Of a DNA stretch of 64,000 nt, positions 1 to 12,752 are shown one piece after another. Below the pieces are notes generated by a model that worked only from the letters and a program-made list of their open reading frames with translations, had not been told where the DNA came from and did not search any database. Source of the stretch: Nemertoderma westbladi (Eukaryota; Animalia; Xenacoelomorpha); NCBI GenBank assembly GCA_032718475.1, contig JAUCBJ010009152.1, positions 8,542 to 72,541 of the forward strand, in the 5' to 3' direction. How positions within the stretch are numbered: the first letter of the stretch is position 1; each line of letters starts with the position of its first letter. Position numbers and translations under genes: made by a program.

Positions 1-1432
1 CTCCATTTGACGCAACACCGCCGCGGCCGCTATGAGGGAGGTGAATACCGCGGCCGCTCCTAAAGCCGCAGGCCCTCGCTAACTATATAGGTTAACTTGG
101 GATTCTGGGGGACTTTTCGATGAAGGAACTGACCAAATTTTTTTATTTTCTCACCAGGGGAGCGGCTCGGAATTCTAAGATATTAGCAACTCTAACATTA
201 TGAAATATGACCCTTCGACGACACGGCGGACAAAAAACCGTCATTTTTTCGACAATTTTAAAATTTTTTTGAAAGGCGCTCTACAGTGGCTCGAAAAAAC
301 CCTAGGTTATTGCTTAGCCGACGCCGGGATACGATAGAAGGGATTAATTAGTGAATTCGTTTTTTTTTTCAAAAAAGATTACCACGCCTTTTTTCCGAAA
401 ATGTCCGTCAAAGTTGGAAAAACGGATAAAATTACTTTGCGGGATCGGCTATAACTCGGCTAATATTAATCGTACGGGGACGAAAGTAACGCGGTTGGAA
501 AGGGGAAGAGTGGTACTACCTTCGTATCGAATGGGGGTAAGATATTTATTAAAATTTCGGGTGGAAAAAGGGGCTGTAAATTTGTACGTTTTTGTCCGTC
601 TTTTTTGGAAAACTTATTTCTGAAATGTTTAATTCGACAACGCGGGTAGGAATCCACTAATTCTTTTATGAAACTCGTAGAAGACCATTGGGGCTACGTT
701 CCTATCGAATGGGGGTACAAAAAATATGTCGGCAATAGGGGCCAAAAAGGGCCAGAATTTGTAAAGTAGTTTTTATCGAATAATTTTTTATTTTTAACTT
801 TAGTTGGTTAAGGTACATTCTATACAGTCAATATCCATACGGGGAATTCAAATATGCTATCGGTTTTGCTCCAAGGATGATATTAAAAAAATGAGGGCCA
901 AAATTATAATTTTGCGCTTCAAACTTGCTTCGCGGGAAATCGTCTAGCTCGAAAACTACTTAACTTAAGGGGGATTTGTTTACACAGACTTATAGTGCGT
1001 TAAATTATCTATCTAACAGCGTTAATCACAGCGCTGGAGGTATTATAAAACTGGAGCGGCAGGCGATCGTGTGAAATATAATATTTATAAAAAGGGACGA
1101 AAAATTTTTTTTTTAACAAATCGCTATTCCATTATAATTTAGCGTATTGCGCCAAAAGTACCTGTAAAAAGTATCAAATTAACTCCGCTATCTTTTATCT
1201 TAACATATATAATTAAAATTACGAATTTTAAGGGTCGAAAAATATCGCGTTATTTTGGCCCTATTTTTTAATTTTTTTGGGGCCAAAAATAACCCCTTCT
1301 CAAAAGATTAAGAAAAAAATTACGGCAAAGAATATACCAATTTTATTGAATTTGGACCACCAGAACCGAAGTTAGAGCGATTTTAGTGAAAAAATAAAAA
1401 TAATTTTTTTTGCAAAAAAATTAAGAATGGTC

Positions 1433-1506
1433 AGGTCAATATTGGATTTCGAACCCGCGAACTTAGGTTTCATTAACGTGATTGATAACCACTAGACTAT
1501 GTGACC
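1433..1506 (-). pseudogene. tRNA-derived (tRNA-like) sequence in 3-kb unit
   Basis: Minus strand GGTCACATAGTCTAGTGG...GCGGGTTCGAAATCC AATATTGACC: A-box, B-box and a partial GGTCA/TGACC acceptor stem, 74 nt. The anticodon arm does not pair. Confidence 0.6.
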
Positions 1507-2361
1507 AAGAGAATTTGAAATTTTCGAGTGACTATTTTTAAACATAAATAACTTCGGTTCTACAGGGCCGTTTAATCTGAAACTTTTTTCATTGGATAGA
1601 GGATAGATTGTAGTGTGTGAAATAGGATACAACTTGGGAAAAGACTTATGTGCACTTAGTGCAAAATGCACTTAAATAGTGAACATTTTTTCGATATTTC
1701 AAACACTATTATTTCCAGTTCTATTCATCGTAGAATGTTATTTTTTGGATTAAAATGTAGTTTGGAATGATTTCTAACTATAATCGTAACATTTGTTTAA
1801 CTTTTTATGTCTATAAAGTGACTTAAAATGTCCATGAATATGGTCCAAAATCGCAAATCCAGATTTATTAAATTGGATTTTTGACACTTTTAGCGACTGA
1901 CACTTGATCATACACCATCGTAGATCGGTAGAGGATAAACATAAGTTTGTTAAATAAGAGCCACCATTACGATCTGCTAAAGTGCATTTGTACAAATAAG
2001 TGTGCAAAAGTGCAAATTTTTTAATAAGGTCAAATTATATAGTATTGGGTTATTTTCTTTGCAGATACTTTATTTTCATATTAATATGTTGTTTGAACCT
2101 TACTGAGCGCATTAGGGGATATGCGTACAAATAACCGGCCCTTATGAGGCTTCGATTGGGTAAATTAATAAAACATAAGGTTGTATAGTATAATATTCTA
2201 AAAACCAGTGTGATATTAAATGCACTTTAAATAATAAATAGAAATCAAATAACAATTGGACCACACAATTAAAAACTCGCACAATTTTGTACTTATTATA
2301 TCGCTTCAAATTAATTCAACAGTGGATATTTGGGGGAAGGGGGAAGTTACAGTGTGCATTC

Positions 2362-2410
2362 GGGGGAAGTTTGGTGAACTGCATTTATGCAGTGAATCCA
2401 AACTTCCCCC
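2362..2410. other. Strong stem-loop in each 3-kb unit
   Basis: GGGGGAAGTTTGG...CCAAACTTCCCCC (13-bp perfect arms) encloses an inner ACTGCAT-TT-ATGCAGT hairpin. Conserved in every unit in the window. Confidence 0.8.
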
Positions 2411-4447
2411 TTTGATATATCATATACTTAAGACATGCTAGGGTGACGGGGAAATATTTGTTACTGTCACACTTTGCTTCCATTTATCCTATCCTTTATT
2501 ATTACCCCAGTCAGATAAGAGATAATAAATCAGTAAAAACTAAACTAAACTGTCTTTCATGCAAACAAATTTCTAACTAAAGACGGGTGAATGACCATGA
2601 CCATGGAAATAATTTTAAATATAATTGTATATCAACTATTTGGGGAGGCTTCCAAGTTAAACCCGAAAACAATTATTTTGTTACATAGTAAATAACGTTG
2701 TATGTTCTTCTTCCTCTCATAATAAAATATAAATGAAATATCTCAGATCGCTATGCCCTGTAACATTTCACAACCAAAATATTTAAGTGTGAAAAGTGTA
2801 GGCCTACCACACTCCGCCCAAACAACCGCAAACGCATAGCCAACAAATTTAACAAAAGGTTACATACATGTTGGGTTCATGACGAGATGAGTGAAAATTG
2901 ATCGCGTAATATAAAGTAAAAAATTAAGAGACGGGCTGGCTCTCCTCCACTTTCTTACCCAATGGATATGTTGTTGTAATAATCTAATTTTGGAGCGGCT
3001 TTCTCTCGGTGGGATAAATATTTCTCCATTTGACGCAACACCGCCGCGGTCGCTATGAGGGAGGTGAATACCGCGGCCGCTCCTAAAGCCGCAGGCCATC
3101 GCTAACTATATAGGTTAACTTGGGATTCTGGGGGACTTTTCGATGAAGGAATTGACCAATTTTTTTTATTTTCGCACCAGGGGAGCGGCTCGGAATTCTA
3201 AGATATTAGCAACTCTAACATTAGCAAATCTATCCCCTCGACGGACACGGCGGACAAAAAACCGTCATTTTTTCGACTTTTTTAAAAAATTTTTGAAAGG
3301 CGCTCTACAGTGGCTCGAAAAAACCCTAGGTTATTGCTTAGCCGACGCCGGGATACGATAGAAGGGATTAATTAGTGAATTCGATTTTTTTTTCAAAAAA
3401 GATTACCACGCCTTTTTCCCGAAATTGTCCGTCAAAGTTGAAAAAACGGACAAAATGGCTTTGCGGGATCCACTCTAACTCGGCTAATATTAATCGTACG
3501 GGGACGAAAGTAACGCGGCTGGAAAGGGGAAGAGTGGTACTACCTTTGTATCGAATGGGGGTAAGATATTTATTAATATTTCGGGTGTAAAAAGGGGCCG
3601 TAACTTTGTCCGTTTTTTCCATATTTTTTACATAATTAATATTTCCAAAATTTTTAATTCGACAACGCTAGTAGGAATCTGCCAATTCTTTTTCGGAAAG
3701 CGTAGAAGACCACAGGGGCTACATTCCTATCGAATGGGGGTACAAAAAATATGTAGGCAAAGGGGTCCAAAAAGGGCCAGAAAATAATAAAAAGTTTATA
3801 ACTATAACAACTTTTTTATTTTAGACTCTAGAAGGTTAAAGTACATTTTATACGGTTAATATCGATACGGGGAATCCAAATATTCGATTGGTTTTGCCGC
3901 GCAAACGATATTAAAAAAATGAGGGCCCAAATTAAAATTTCACGCTTCAAACTCGCTTCGCGGGAACTCGTCTAGCTCGAAAAATACATAAGGTCTGGGA
4001 GACTTATTTAAACAGTCTTATAGAGCGTCAAATTATCTATCTTTCAACGGTAGTTACAACGCCATAGCTATTATATAACTGGAGCGGCAGACGATCGTGT
4101 GAAATATACTACTTATAAAAAAGGGACGAAAAAATTTTTTTTTAATAAATCGCCATTACATTATAATTTAACTTTTTGCGACAAAAGTTCCTGTAAAATG
4201 TAGCAAATTAACTCCACTATCTTTTTTCTTAACATTAATAATTAAAATAACGAGTTTTAAGGGTCGAAAAATATCGTGTAATTTTGGCCCTTTTTTTTCA
4301 TTTTTTTTGGGGCCAAAAGTACCCCCTCTCAAAAGATAGAAAAAAAAAATTACGGCAAAGAATATACCAATTTTATTGAATTTGGAGCACCAGAACCGAA
4401 GTTAGAGCGAATTTAGTCAAAAATTAAAAATATTTTTAAATTAAGAA

Positions 4448-4521
4448 TGGTCAATATTGGGTTTCGAACCCACGAACTTAGGTATCGTTAACGTGATTGA
4501 TAACCACTAGACTACGTGACC
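4448..4521 (-). pseudogene. tRNA-derived (tRNA-like) sequence in 3-kb unit
   Basis: Minus strand GGTCACGTAGTCTAGTGGTTATCAATCACGTTAACGATACCTAAGTTCGTGGGTTCGAAACCCAATATTGACCA: A-box TAGTCTAGTGG, B-box GGTTCGAAACC, T-arm TGGG/CCCA. Confidence 0.62.
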
Positions 4522-7461
4522 AAGAGAATTCGAAATTTTCGAGTGATTATTTTTAAACATCAATAACTTCTGTTCTACAGGACCGTTTGATCTGAAACTT
4601 TTTTCATTGGATAGAGGATAGATTGTAGTGTGTGAAATAGGATACAACTTGGGAAAAGACGCATGTGCACTTAGTGCATAATGCACTTAAAAAGTACACA
4701 TTTTTTCGATATTTTAAACACTGTTATTTCCAGTTCTATTCATCGTAGAATGTTATTTTTTGGATTAAAATGTAGTTTGGAATGATTTCTAACTATAATC
4801 GTAACATTTGTTTAACTTTTTATGTCTATAAAGTGACTTAAAATGTCCATGAATATGGTCCATAATCGCAAATCCAGATTTATTAAATTGGATTTCTGAC
4901 ACTTTTAGCGACTGACACTTGATCATACACCATCGTAGATCGGTAGAGGATAAACATAAGTTTGTTAAATAAGAGCCACCATTACGATCTGCTAAAGTGC
5001 ATTTGTACAAATAAGTGTGCAAAAGTGCAAATTTTTTAATAAGGTCAAATTATATAGTATTGGGTTATTTTCTTTGCAGATACTTTATTTTCATATTAAT
5101 ATATTGTTTGGACCTTACTGAGCGCATTAGGGATAAGTGTACAAATAACCGGCCCTTATGAGTCTTCGATTGGGTAAATTAATAAAACATAAGGTTGTAT
5201 AGTATAATATTCTAAAAACCAGTGTGATATTAAATGCACTTTAAATAATAAATAGAAATCAAATAACAATTGGACCACACAATTAAAAACTCGCACAATT
5301 TTGTACTTATTATATCGCTTCAAATTAATTCAACAGTGGATATTTGGGGGAAGGGGGAAGTTACAGTGTGCATTCGGGGGAAGTTTGGTGAACTGCATTT
5401 ATGCAGTGAATCCAAACTTCCCCCTTTGAGATATCATATACTTAAGACATGCTAGGGTGACGGGGAAATATTTGTTACTGTCACAGTTTGCTTCCATTTA
5501 TCCTATCCTTTATTATTACCCCAGTCAGATAAGAGATAATAAATCAGTAAAAACTAAACTAAACTGTCTTTCATGCAAACAAATTTCTAACTAAAGACGG
5601 GTGAATGACCATGACCATGGAAATAATTTTAAATATAATTGTATATCAACTATTTGGGGAGGCTTCCAAGTTAAACCCGAAAACAATTATTTTGTTACAT
5701 AGTAAATAACGTTGTATGTTCTTCTTCCTCTCATAATAAAATATAAATGAAATATCTCAGATCGCTATGCCCTGTAACATTTCACAACCAAAATATTTAA
5801 GTGTGAAAAGTGTAGGCCTACCACACTCCGCCCAAACAACCGCAAACGCATAGCCAACAAATTTAACAAAAGGTTACATACATGTTGGGTTCATGACGAG
5901 ATGAGTGAAAATTGATCGCGTAATATAAAGTAAAAAATTAAGAGACGGGCTGGCTCTCCTCCACTTTCTTACCCAATGGATATGTTGTTGTAATAATCTA
6001 ATTTTGGAGCGGCTTTCTCTCGGTGGGATAAATATTTCTCCATTTGACGCAACACCGCCGCGGTCGCTATGAGGGAGGTGAATACCGCGGCCGCTCCTAA
6101 AGCCGCAGGCCATCGCTAACTATATAGGTTAACTTGGGATTCTGGGGGACTTTTCGATGAAGGAATTGACCAATTTTTTTTATTTTCGCACCAGGGGAGC
6201 GGCTCGGAATTCTAAGATATTAGCAACTCTAACATTAGCAAATCTATCCCCTCGACGGACACGGCGGACAAAAAACCGTCATTTTTTCGACTTTTTTAAA
6301 AATTTTTTGAAAGGCGCTCTACAGTGGCTCGAAAAAACCCTAGGTTATTGCTTAGCCGACGCCGGGATACGATAGAAGGGATTAATTAGTGAATTCGATT
6401 TTTTTTTCAAAAAAGATTACCACGCCTTTTTCCCGAAATTGTCCGTCAAAGTTGAAAAAACGGACAAAATGGCTTTGCGGGATCCACTCTAACTCGGCTA
6501 ATATTAATCGTACGGGGACGAAAGTAACGCGGCTGGAAAGGGGAAGAGTGGTACTACCTTTGTATCGAATGGGGGTAAGATATTTATTAATATTTCGGGT
6601 GTAAAAAGGGGCCGTAACTTTGTCCGTTTTTTCCATATTTTTTACATAATTAATATTTCCAAAATTTTTAATTCGACAACGCTAGTAGGAATCTGCCAAT
6701 TCTTTTTCGGAAAGCGTAGAAGACCACAGGGGCTACATTCCTATCGAATGGGGGTACAAAAAATATGTAGGCAAAGGGGTCCAAAAAGGGCCAGAAAATA
6801 ATAAAAAGTTTATAACTATAACAACTTTTTTATTTTAGACTCTAGAAGGTTAAAGTACATTTTATACGGTTAATATCGATACGGGGAATCCAAATATTCG
6901 ATTGGTTTTGCCGCGCAAACGATATTAAAAAAATGAGGGCCCAAATTAAAATTTCACGCTTCAAACTCGCTTCGCGGGAACTCGTCTAGCTCGAAAAATA
7001 CATAAGGTCTGGGAGACTTATTTAAACAGTCTTATAGAGCGTCAAATTATCTATCTTTCAACGGTAGTTACAACGCCATAGCTATTATATAACTGGAGCG
7101 GCAGACGATCGTGTGAAATATACTACTTATAAAAAAGGGACGAAAAAATTTTTTTTTAATAAATCGCCATTACATTATAATTTAACTTTTTGCGACAAAA
7201 GTTCCTGTAAAATGTAGCAAATTAACTCCACTATCTTTTTTCTTAACATTAATAATTAAAATAACGAGTTTTAAGGGTCGAAAAATATCGTGTAATTTTG
7301 GCCCTTTTTTTTCATTTTTTTTGGGGCCAAAAGTACCCCCTCTCAAAAGATAGAAAAAAAAAATTACGGCAAAGAATATACCAATTTTATTGAATTTGGA
7401 GCACCAGAACCGAAGTTAGAGCGAATTTAGTCAAAAATTAAAAATATTTTTAAATTAAGAA

Positions 7462-7535
7462 TGGTCAATATTGGGTTTCGAACCCACGAACTTAGGTATC
7501 GTTAACGTGATTGATAACCACTAGACTACGTGACC
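7462..7535 (-). pseudogene. tRNA-like sequence in 3-kb unit
   Basis: Copy of 4448-4521. Confidence 0.6.
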
Positions 7536-8777
7536 AAGAGAATTCGAAATTTTCGAGTGATTATTTTTAAACATCAATAACTTCTGTTCTACAGGACCGT
7601 TTGATCTGAAACTTTTTTCATTGGATAGAGGATAGATTGTAGTGTGTGAAATAGGATACAACTTGGGAAAAGACGCATGTGCACTTAGTGCATAATGCAC
7701 TTAAAAAGTACACATTTTTTCGATATTTTAAACACTGTTATTTCCAGTTCTATTCATCGTAGAATGTTATTTTTTGGATTAAAATGTAGTTTGGAGTGAT
7801 TTCTAACTATAATCTTAACATTTGTATATCTTTTTATATCTATAAAGTGACTTAAAATGTCCATGAATATGGTCCAAAATCGCAAATGTCGCGATTTATT
7901 AAATTGGATTTTTTACACTTTTAGTGACTGACACTTGATCATACACCATCGTAGATCGGTAGAGGATAAACATAAGTTTGTTAAATAAGAACCACCATTA
8001 CGATCTGCTAAAGTGCACTTGTACAAATAAATGTGCAAAAGTGCAAATTTTTTAATAAGGTCAAATTATATAGCATTGGGTTCTTTTCTTTGCAGATACT
8101 TTATTTTCATATTAATATGTTGTTTGGCTCATACTGAGCGCATTAGGTATATGCGTACAAATAACCGGCCCTTATTAAGGCTTCGATTGGGTTAATAAAT
8201 AAAACATAAGGTTGTAATATTCTAAAAAACCAGTGTGATATTAAATGCACTTTAAACAATAAATAGAGATCAATTAACAAATGGACCACACAATAAAAAA
8301 CTCGCACAATTTTGTACTTATTATATCGCTTCAAATTAATTCAACAGTGGATATTTGTGGGAAGGGGGAAGTTACAGTGTGCATTCGGGGGAAGTTTGGT
8401 GAACTGCATTTATGCAGTGAATCCAAACTTCCCCCTTTGAGATATCATATACTTAAGACATGCTAGGGTGACGGGGAAATATTTGTTACTGTCACACTTT
8501 GCTTCCATTTATCCTATCCTTTATTATTACCCCAGTCAGATAAGAGATAATAATCAGTAAAAACCAAACTAAACTGTCTTTCATGCAAACAAATTTCTAA
8601 CTAAAGACGGGTGAATGACCATGACCATGGAAATAATTTTAAATATAATCGTATATCAACTATTTGGGGAGGCTTCCAAACCCAAAAACAATTATTTCGT
8701 TACATATAATATAGTAAATAACGTTGTATGTTCTTCTTCCTCTCATAATAAAATGTATATGAAATATCTCTGATCGC

Positions 8778-8877
8778 NNNNNNNNNNNNNNNNNNNNNNN
8801 NNNNNNNNNNNNNNNNNNNNNNNNNNNNNNNNNNNNNNNNNNNNNNNNNNNNNNNNNNNNNNNNNNNNNNNNNNNNN
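8778..8877. other. Assembly gap (100 N)
   Basis: Run of exactly 100 N; the repeat phase is discontinuous across it. Confidence 0.99.
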
Positions 8878-9014
8878 CTTCTCAAAAGATTAAGAAAAAA
8901 ATTACGGCAAAGAATATACCAATTTTATTGAATTTGGACCACCAGAACCGAAGTTAGAGCGATTTTAGTGAAAAAATAAAAATAATTTTTTTTGCAAAAA
9001 AATTAAGAATGGTC

Positions 9015-9088
9015 AGGTCAATATTGGGTTTCGAACCCACGAACTTAGGTTTCATTAACGTGATTGATAACCACTAGACTATGTGACC
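9015..9088 (-). pseudogene. tRNA-like sequence in 3-kb unit
   Basis: Variant copy of 1433-1506. Confidence 0.6.
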
Positions 9089-10587
9089 AATAGAAATTGA
9101 AATTTTCGAGTGACTATTTTTAAACATAAATAACTTCGGTTCTAGAGGGCCGTTTAATCTGAAACTTTTTTCATTGGATAGAGAATAGATTGTAGTGTGT
9201 GAAATAGGATACAACTTGGGAAAAGACGCATGTGCACTTAGTGCAAAATGCACTTAAATAGTGAACATTTTTTCGATATTTCAAACCCTATTATTTCCAG
9301 TTCTATTCATCGTAGAATGTTATTTTTTGGATTAAAATGTAGTTTGGAATGATTTCTAACTATAATCGTAACATTTGTTTAACTTTTTATGTCTATAAAG
9401 TGACTTAAAATGTCCATGAATATGGTCCAAAATCGCAAATCCAGATTTATTAAATTGGATTTTTGACACTTTTAGCGACTGACACTTGATCATACACCAT
9501 CGTAGATCGGTAGAGGATAAACATAAGTTTGTTAAATAAGAGCCACCATTACGATCTGCTAAAGTGCATTTGTACAAATAAGTGTGCAAAAGTGCAAATT
9601 TTTTAATAAGGTCAAATTATATAGTATTGGGTTATTTTCTTTGCAGATACTTTATTTTCATATTAATATGTTGTTTGAACCTTACTGAGCGCATTAGGGG
9701 ATATGCGTACAAATAACCGGCCCTTATGAGGCTTCGATTGGGTAAATTAATAAAACATAAGGTTGTATAGTATAATATTCTAAAAACCAGTGTGATATTA
9801 AATGCACTTTAAATAATAAATAGAAATCAAATAACAATTGGACCACACAATTAAAAACTCGCACAATTTTGTACTTATTATATCGCTTCAAATTAGTTCA
9901 ACAGTGGATATTTGTGGGAAGGGGGAAGTTACAGTGTGCATTCGGGGGAAGTTTGGTGAACTGCATTTATGCAGTGAATCCAAACTTCCCCCTTTGATAT
10001 ATCATATACTTAAGACATGCTAGGGTGACGGGGAAATATTTGTTACTGTCACACTTTGCTTCCATTTATCCTATCCTTTATTATTACCCCAGTCAGATAA
10101 GAGATAATAAATCAGTAAAAACTAAACTAAACTGTCTTTCATGCAAACAAATTTCTAACTAAAGACGGGTGAATGACCATGACCATGGAAATAATTTTAA
10201 ATATAATTGTATATCAACTATTTGGGGAGGCTTCCAAGTTAAACCCGAAAACAATTATTTTGTTACATTAGTAAATAACGTTGTATGTTCTTCTTCCTCT
10301 CATAATAAAATATAAATGAAATATCTCAGATCGCTATGCCCTGTAACATTTCACAACCAAAATATTTAAGTGTGAAAAGTGTAGGCCTACCACACTCCGC
10401 CCAAACAACCTCAAACGCATAGCCAACAAATTTAACAAAAGGTTACATACATGTTGGGTTCATGACGAGATGAGTGAAAATTGATCGCGTAATATAAAGT
10501 AAAAAATTAAGAGACGGGCTGGCTCACGTCCACTTTCTTACCCAATGGATATGTTGTTGTAATAATCTAATATTGGGGCGGCTTTCT

Positions 10588-11231
10588 CTCGTTCTAACTT
10601 CTGATTGATGGACTCCATATAGGAGTACTGGTTCTAACTGCTGTATGATGGACTCCATATAGGAGTACTGGTTCTAACTGATGTATGATGGACTCCATAT
10701 AGGAGTACTGGTTCTAACTGATGTATGATGGACTCCACATAGGAGTACTGGTTCTAACTTTTGTATGATGGACTCCATATAGGAGTACTGATTCTAACTG
10801 CTGTATGATGGACTCCATATAGGAGTACTGGTTCTAACTTCTGATTGATGGACTCCATAAAGGAGTACTAGTTCTAACTTCTGATTGATGGACTCCATAT
10901 AGGAGTACTGGTTCTAACTGCTGTATGATGGACTCCATATAGGAGTACTGGTTCTAACTTCTCATTGATGGACTCCATATAGGAGTACTGGTTCTAACTT
11001 CCCATTGATGGACTCCATATAGGAGTACTGGTTCTAACTTCTGATTGATGGAATCCATATACGAGTACTGGTTCTAACTGATGTATGATAGACTCCACAT
11101 AGGAGTACTGGTTCTAACTTTTGTATGATGGACTCCATATAGGAGTACTGATTCTAACTGCTGTATGATGGACTCCATATAGGAGTACTGGTTCTAACTT
11201 CTGATTGATGGACTCCATAAAAGAGTACTAG
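10588..11231. repeat. 16 monomers of the 40-bp satellite separating the two 3-kb arrays
   Basis: 10591-11230 is 640 bp, which is 16 x 40 bp of GTTCTAACT(G/T)CTG..GATGGACTCCATATAGGAGTACTG. Confidence 0.97.
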
Positions 11232-12678
11232 GTGGGATAAATATTTCTCCATTTGACGCAACACCGCCGCGGCCGCTATGAGGGAGGTGAATACCGCGGC
11301 CGCTCCTAAAGCCGCAGGCCATCGCTAACTATATAGGTTAACTTGGGATTCTGGGGGACTTTTCGATGAAGGAATTGACCAAATTTTTTTATTTTCTCAC
11401 CAGGGGAGCGGCTCGGAATTCTAAGATATTAGCAAGTCTAACATTATTAAATCTAACCCTTCGACGGACACGGCGGACAAAAAACCGTCATTTTTTCAAC
11501 AATTTTAAAATTTTTTTGAAAGGCGCTCTACAGTGGCTCGAAAAAACCCTAGGTTATTGCTTAGCCGACGCCGGGATACGATAGAAGGGATTAATTAGTG
11601 AATTCGTTTTTTTTTTCAAAAAAGATTACCACGCCTTTTTTCCGAAAATGTCCGTCAAAGTTGAAAAAACGGACAAAATGACTTTGCGGGATCCGCTATA
11701 ACTCGGCTAATATTAATCGTACGGGGACGAAAGTAACGCGGTTGGAAAGAGGAAGAGTGGTACTACCTTCGTATCGAATGGGGGTAAGATATTTATTAAA
11801 ATTTCGGGTGGAAAAAGGGGCTGTAAATTTGTACGTTTTTGTCCGTCTTTTTTGGAAAACTTATTTCCGAAATGTTTAATTCGACAACGCGGGTAGGAAT
11901 CCACTAATTATTTTATAAAACTCGTAGAAGACCATTGGGGCTACGTTCCTATCGAACGGGGGTACAAAAAATATGTCGGCAATAGGGGCCAAAAAGGGCC
12001 AGAATTTGTAAAGTAGTTTTTATCGAATAATTTTTTATTTTTAACTTTAGTTGGTTAAGGTACATTCTATACAGTCAATATCCATACGGGGAATTCAAAT
12101 ATGCTATCGGTTTTGCTCTAAGGATGATATTAAAAAAATGAGGGCCAAAATTATAATTTCGCGCTTCAAACTTGCTTCACGGGAAATCGTCTAGCTCGAA
12201 AACTACTTAACTTACGGGAGATTTGTTTACACAGACTTATAGTGCGTTAAATTATCTATCTAACAGCGTTAATCACAGCGCCGGAGGTATTATAAAACTG
12301 GAGCGGCAGGCGATCGTGTGAAATATAATATTTATAAAAAGGGACGAAAAATTTTTTTTTTAACAAATCGCTATTCCATTATAATTAAGCGTATTGCGCC
12401 AAAAGTACCTGTAAAAAGTATCAAATTAACTCCGCTATCTTTTATCTTAACATATATAATTAAAATTACGAATTTTAAGGGTCGAAAAATATCGCGTTAT
12501 TTTGGCCCTTTTTTTAATTTTTTTGGGGCCAAAAATAACCCCTTCTCAAAAGATTAAGAAAAAAATTACGGCAAAGAATATACCAATTTTATTGAATTTG
12601 GACCACCAGAACCGAAATTAGAGCGATTTTAGTGAAAAAATAAAAATAATTTTTTTTGCAAAAAAATTAAGAATGGTC

Positions 12679-12752
12679 AGGTCAATATTGGATTTCGAAC
12701 CCGCGAACTTAGGTTTCATTAACGTGATTGATAACCACTAGACTATGTGACC
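12679..12752 (-). pseudogene. tRNA-like sequence in 3-kb unit
   Basis: Copy of 1433-1506. Confidence 0.6.

Larger units (their letters stand above)
1..10587. repeat. Array 1 of head-to-tail ~3014-bp non-coding units (probable non-autonomous mobile element); starts before the window and is interrupted by the assembly gap
   Basis: Near-identical units with a period of 3014 bp. Junctions read GCGGCTTTCT-CTCG-GTGGGATAAA, with CTCG at 3005-3008 and 6019-6022. The last unit ends GGCGGCTTTCT at 10587, followed by CTCG and the 40-bp satellite. No ORF exceeds 90 aa. Confidence 0.93.

Noticed and set aside
4448-4521. Functional tRNA gene
   Set aside because: The D and anticodon stems do not pair and the acceptor stem has mismatches.
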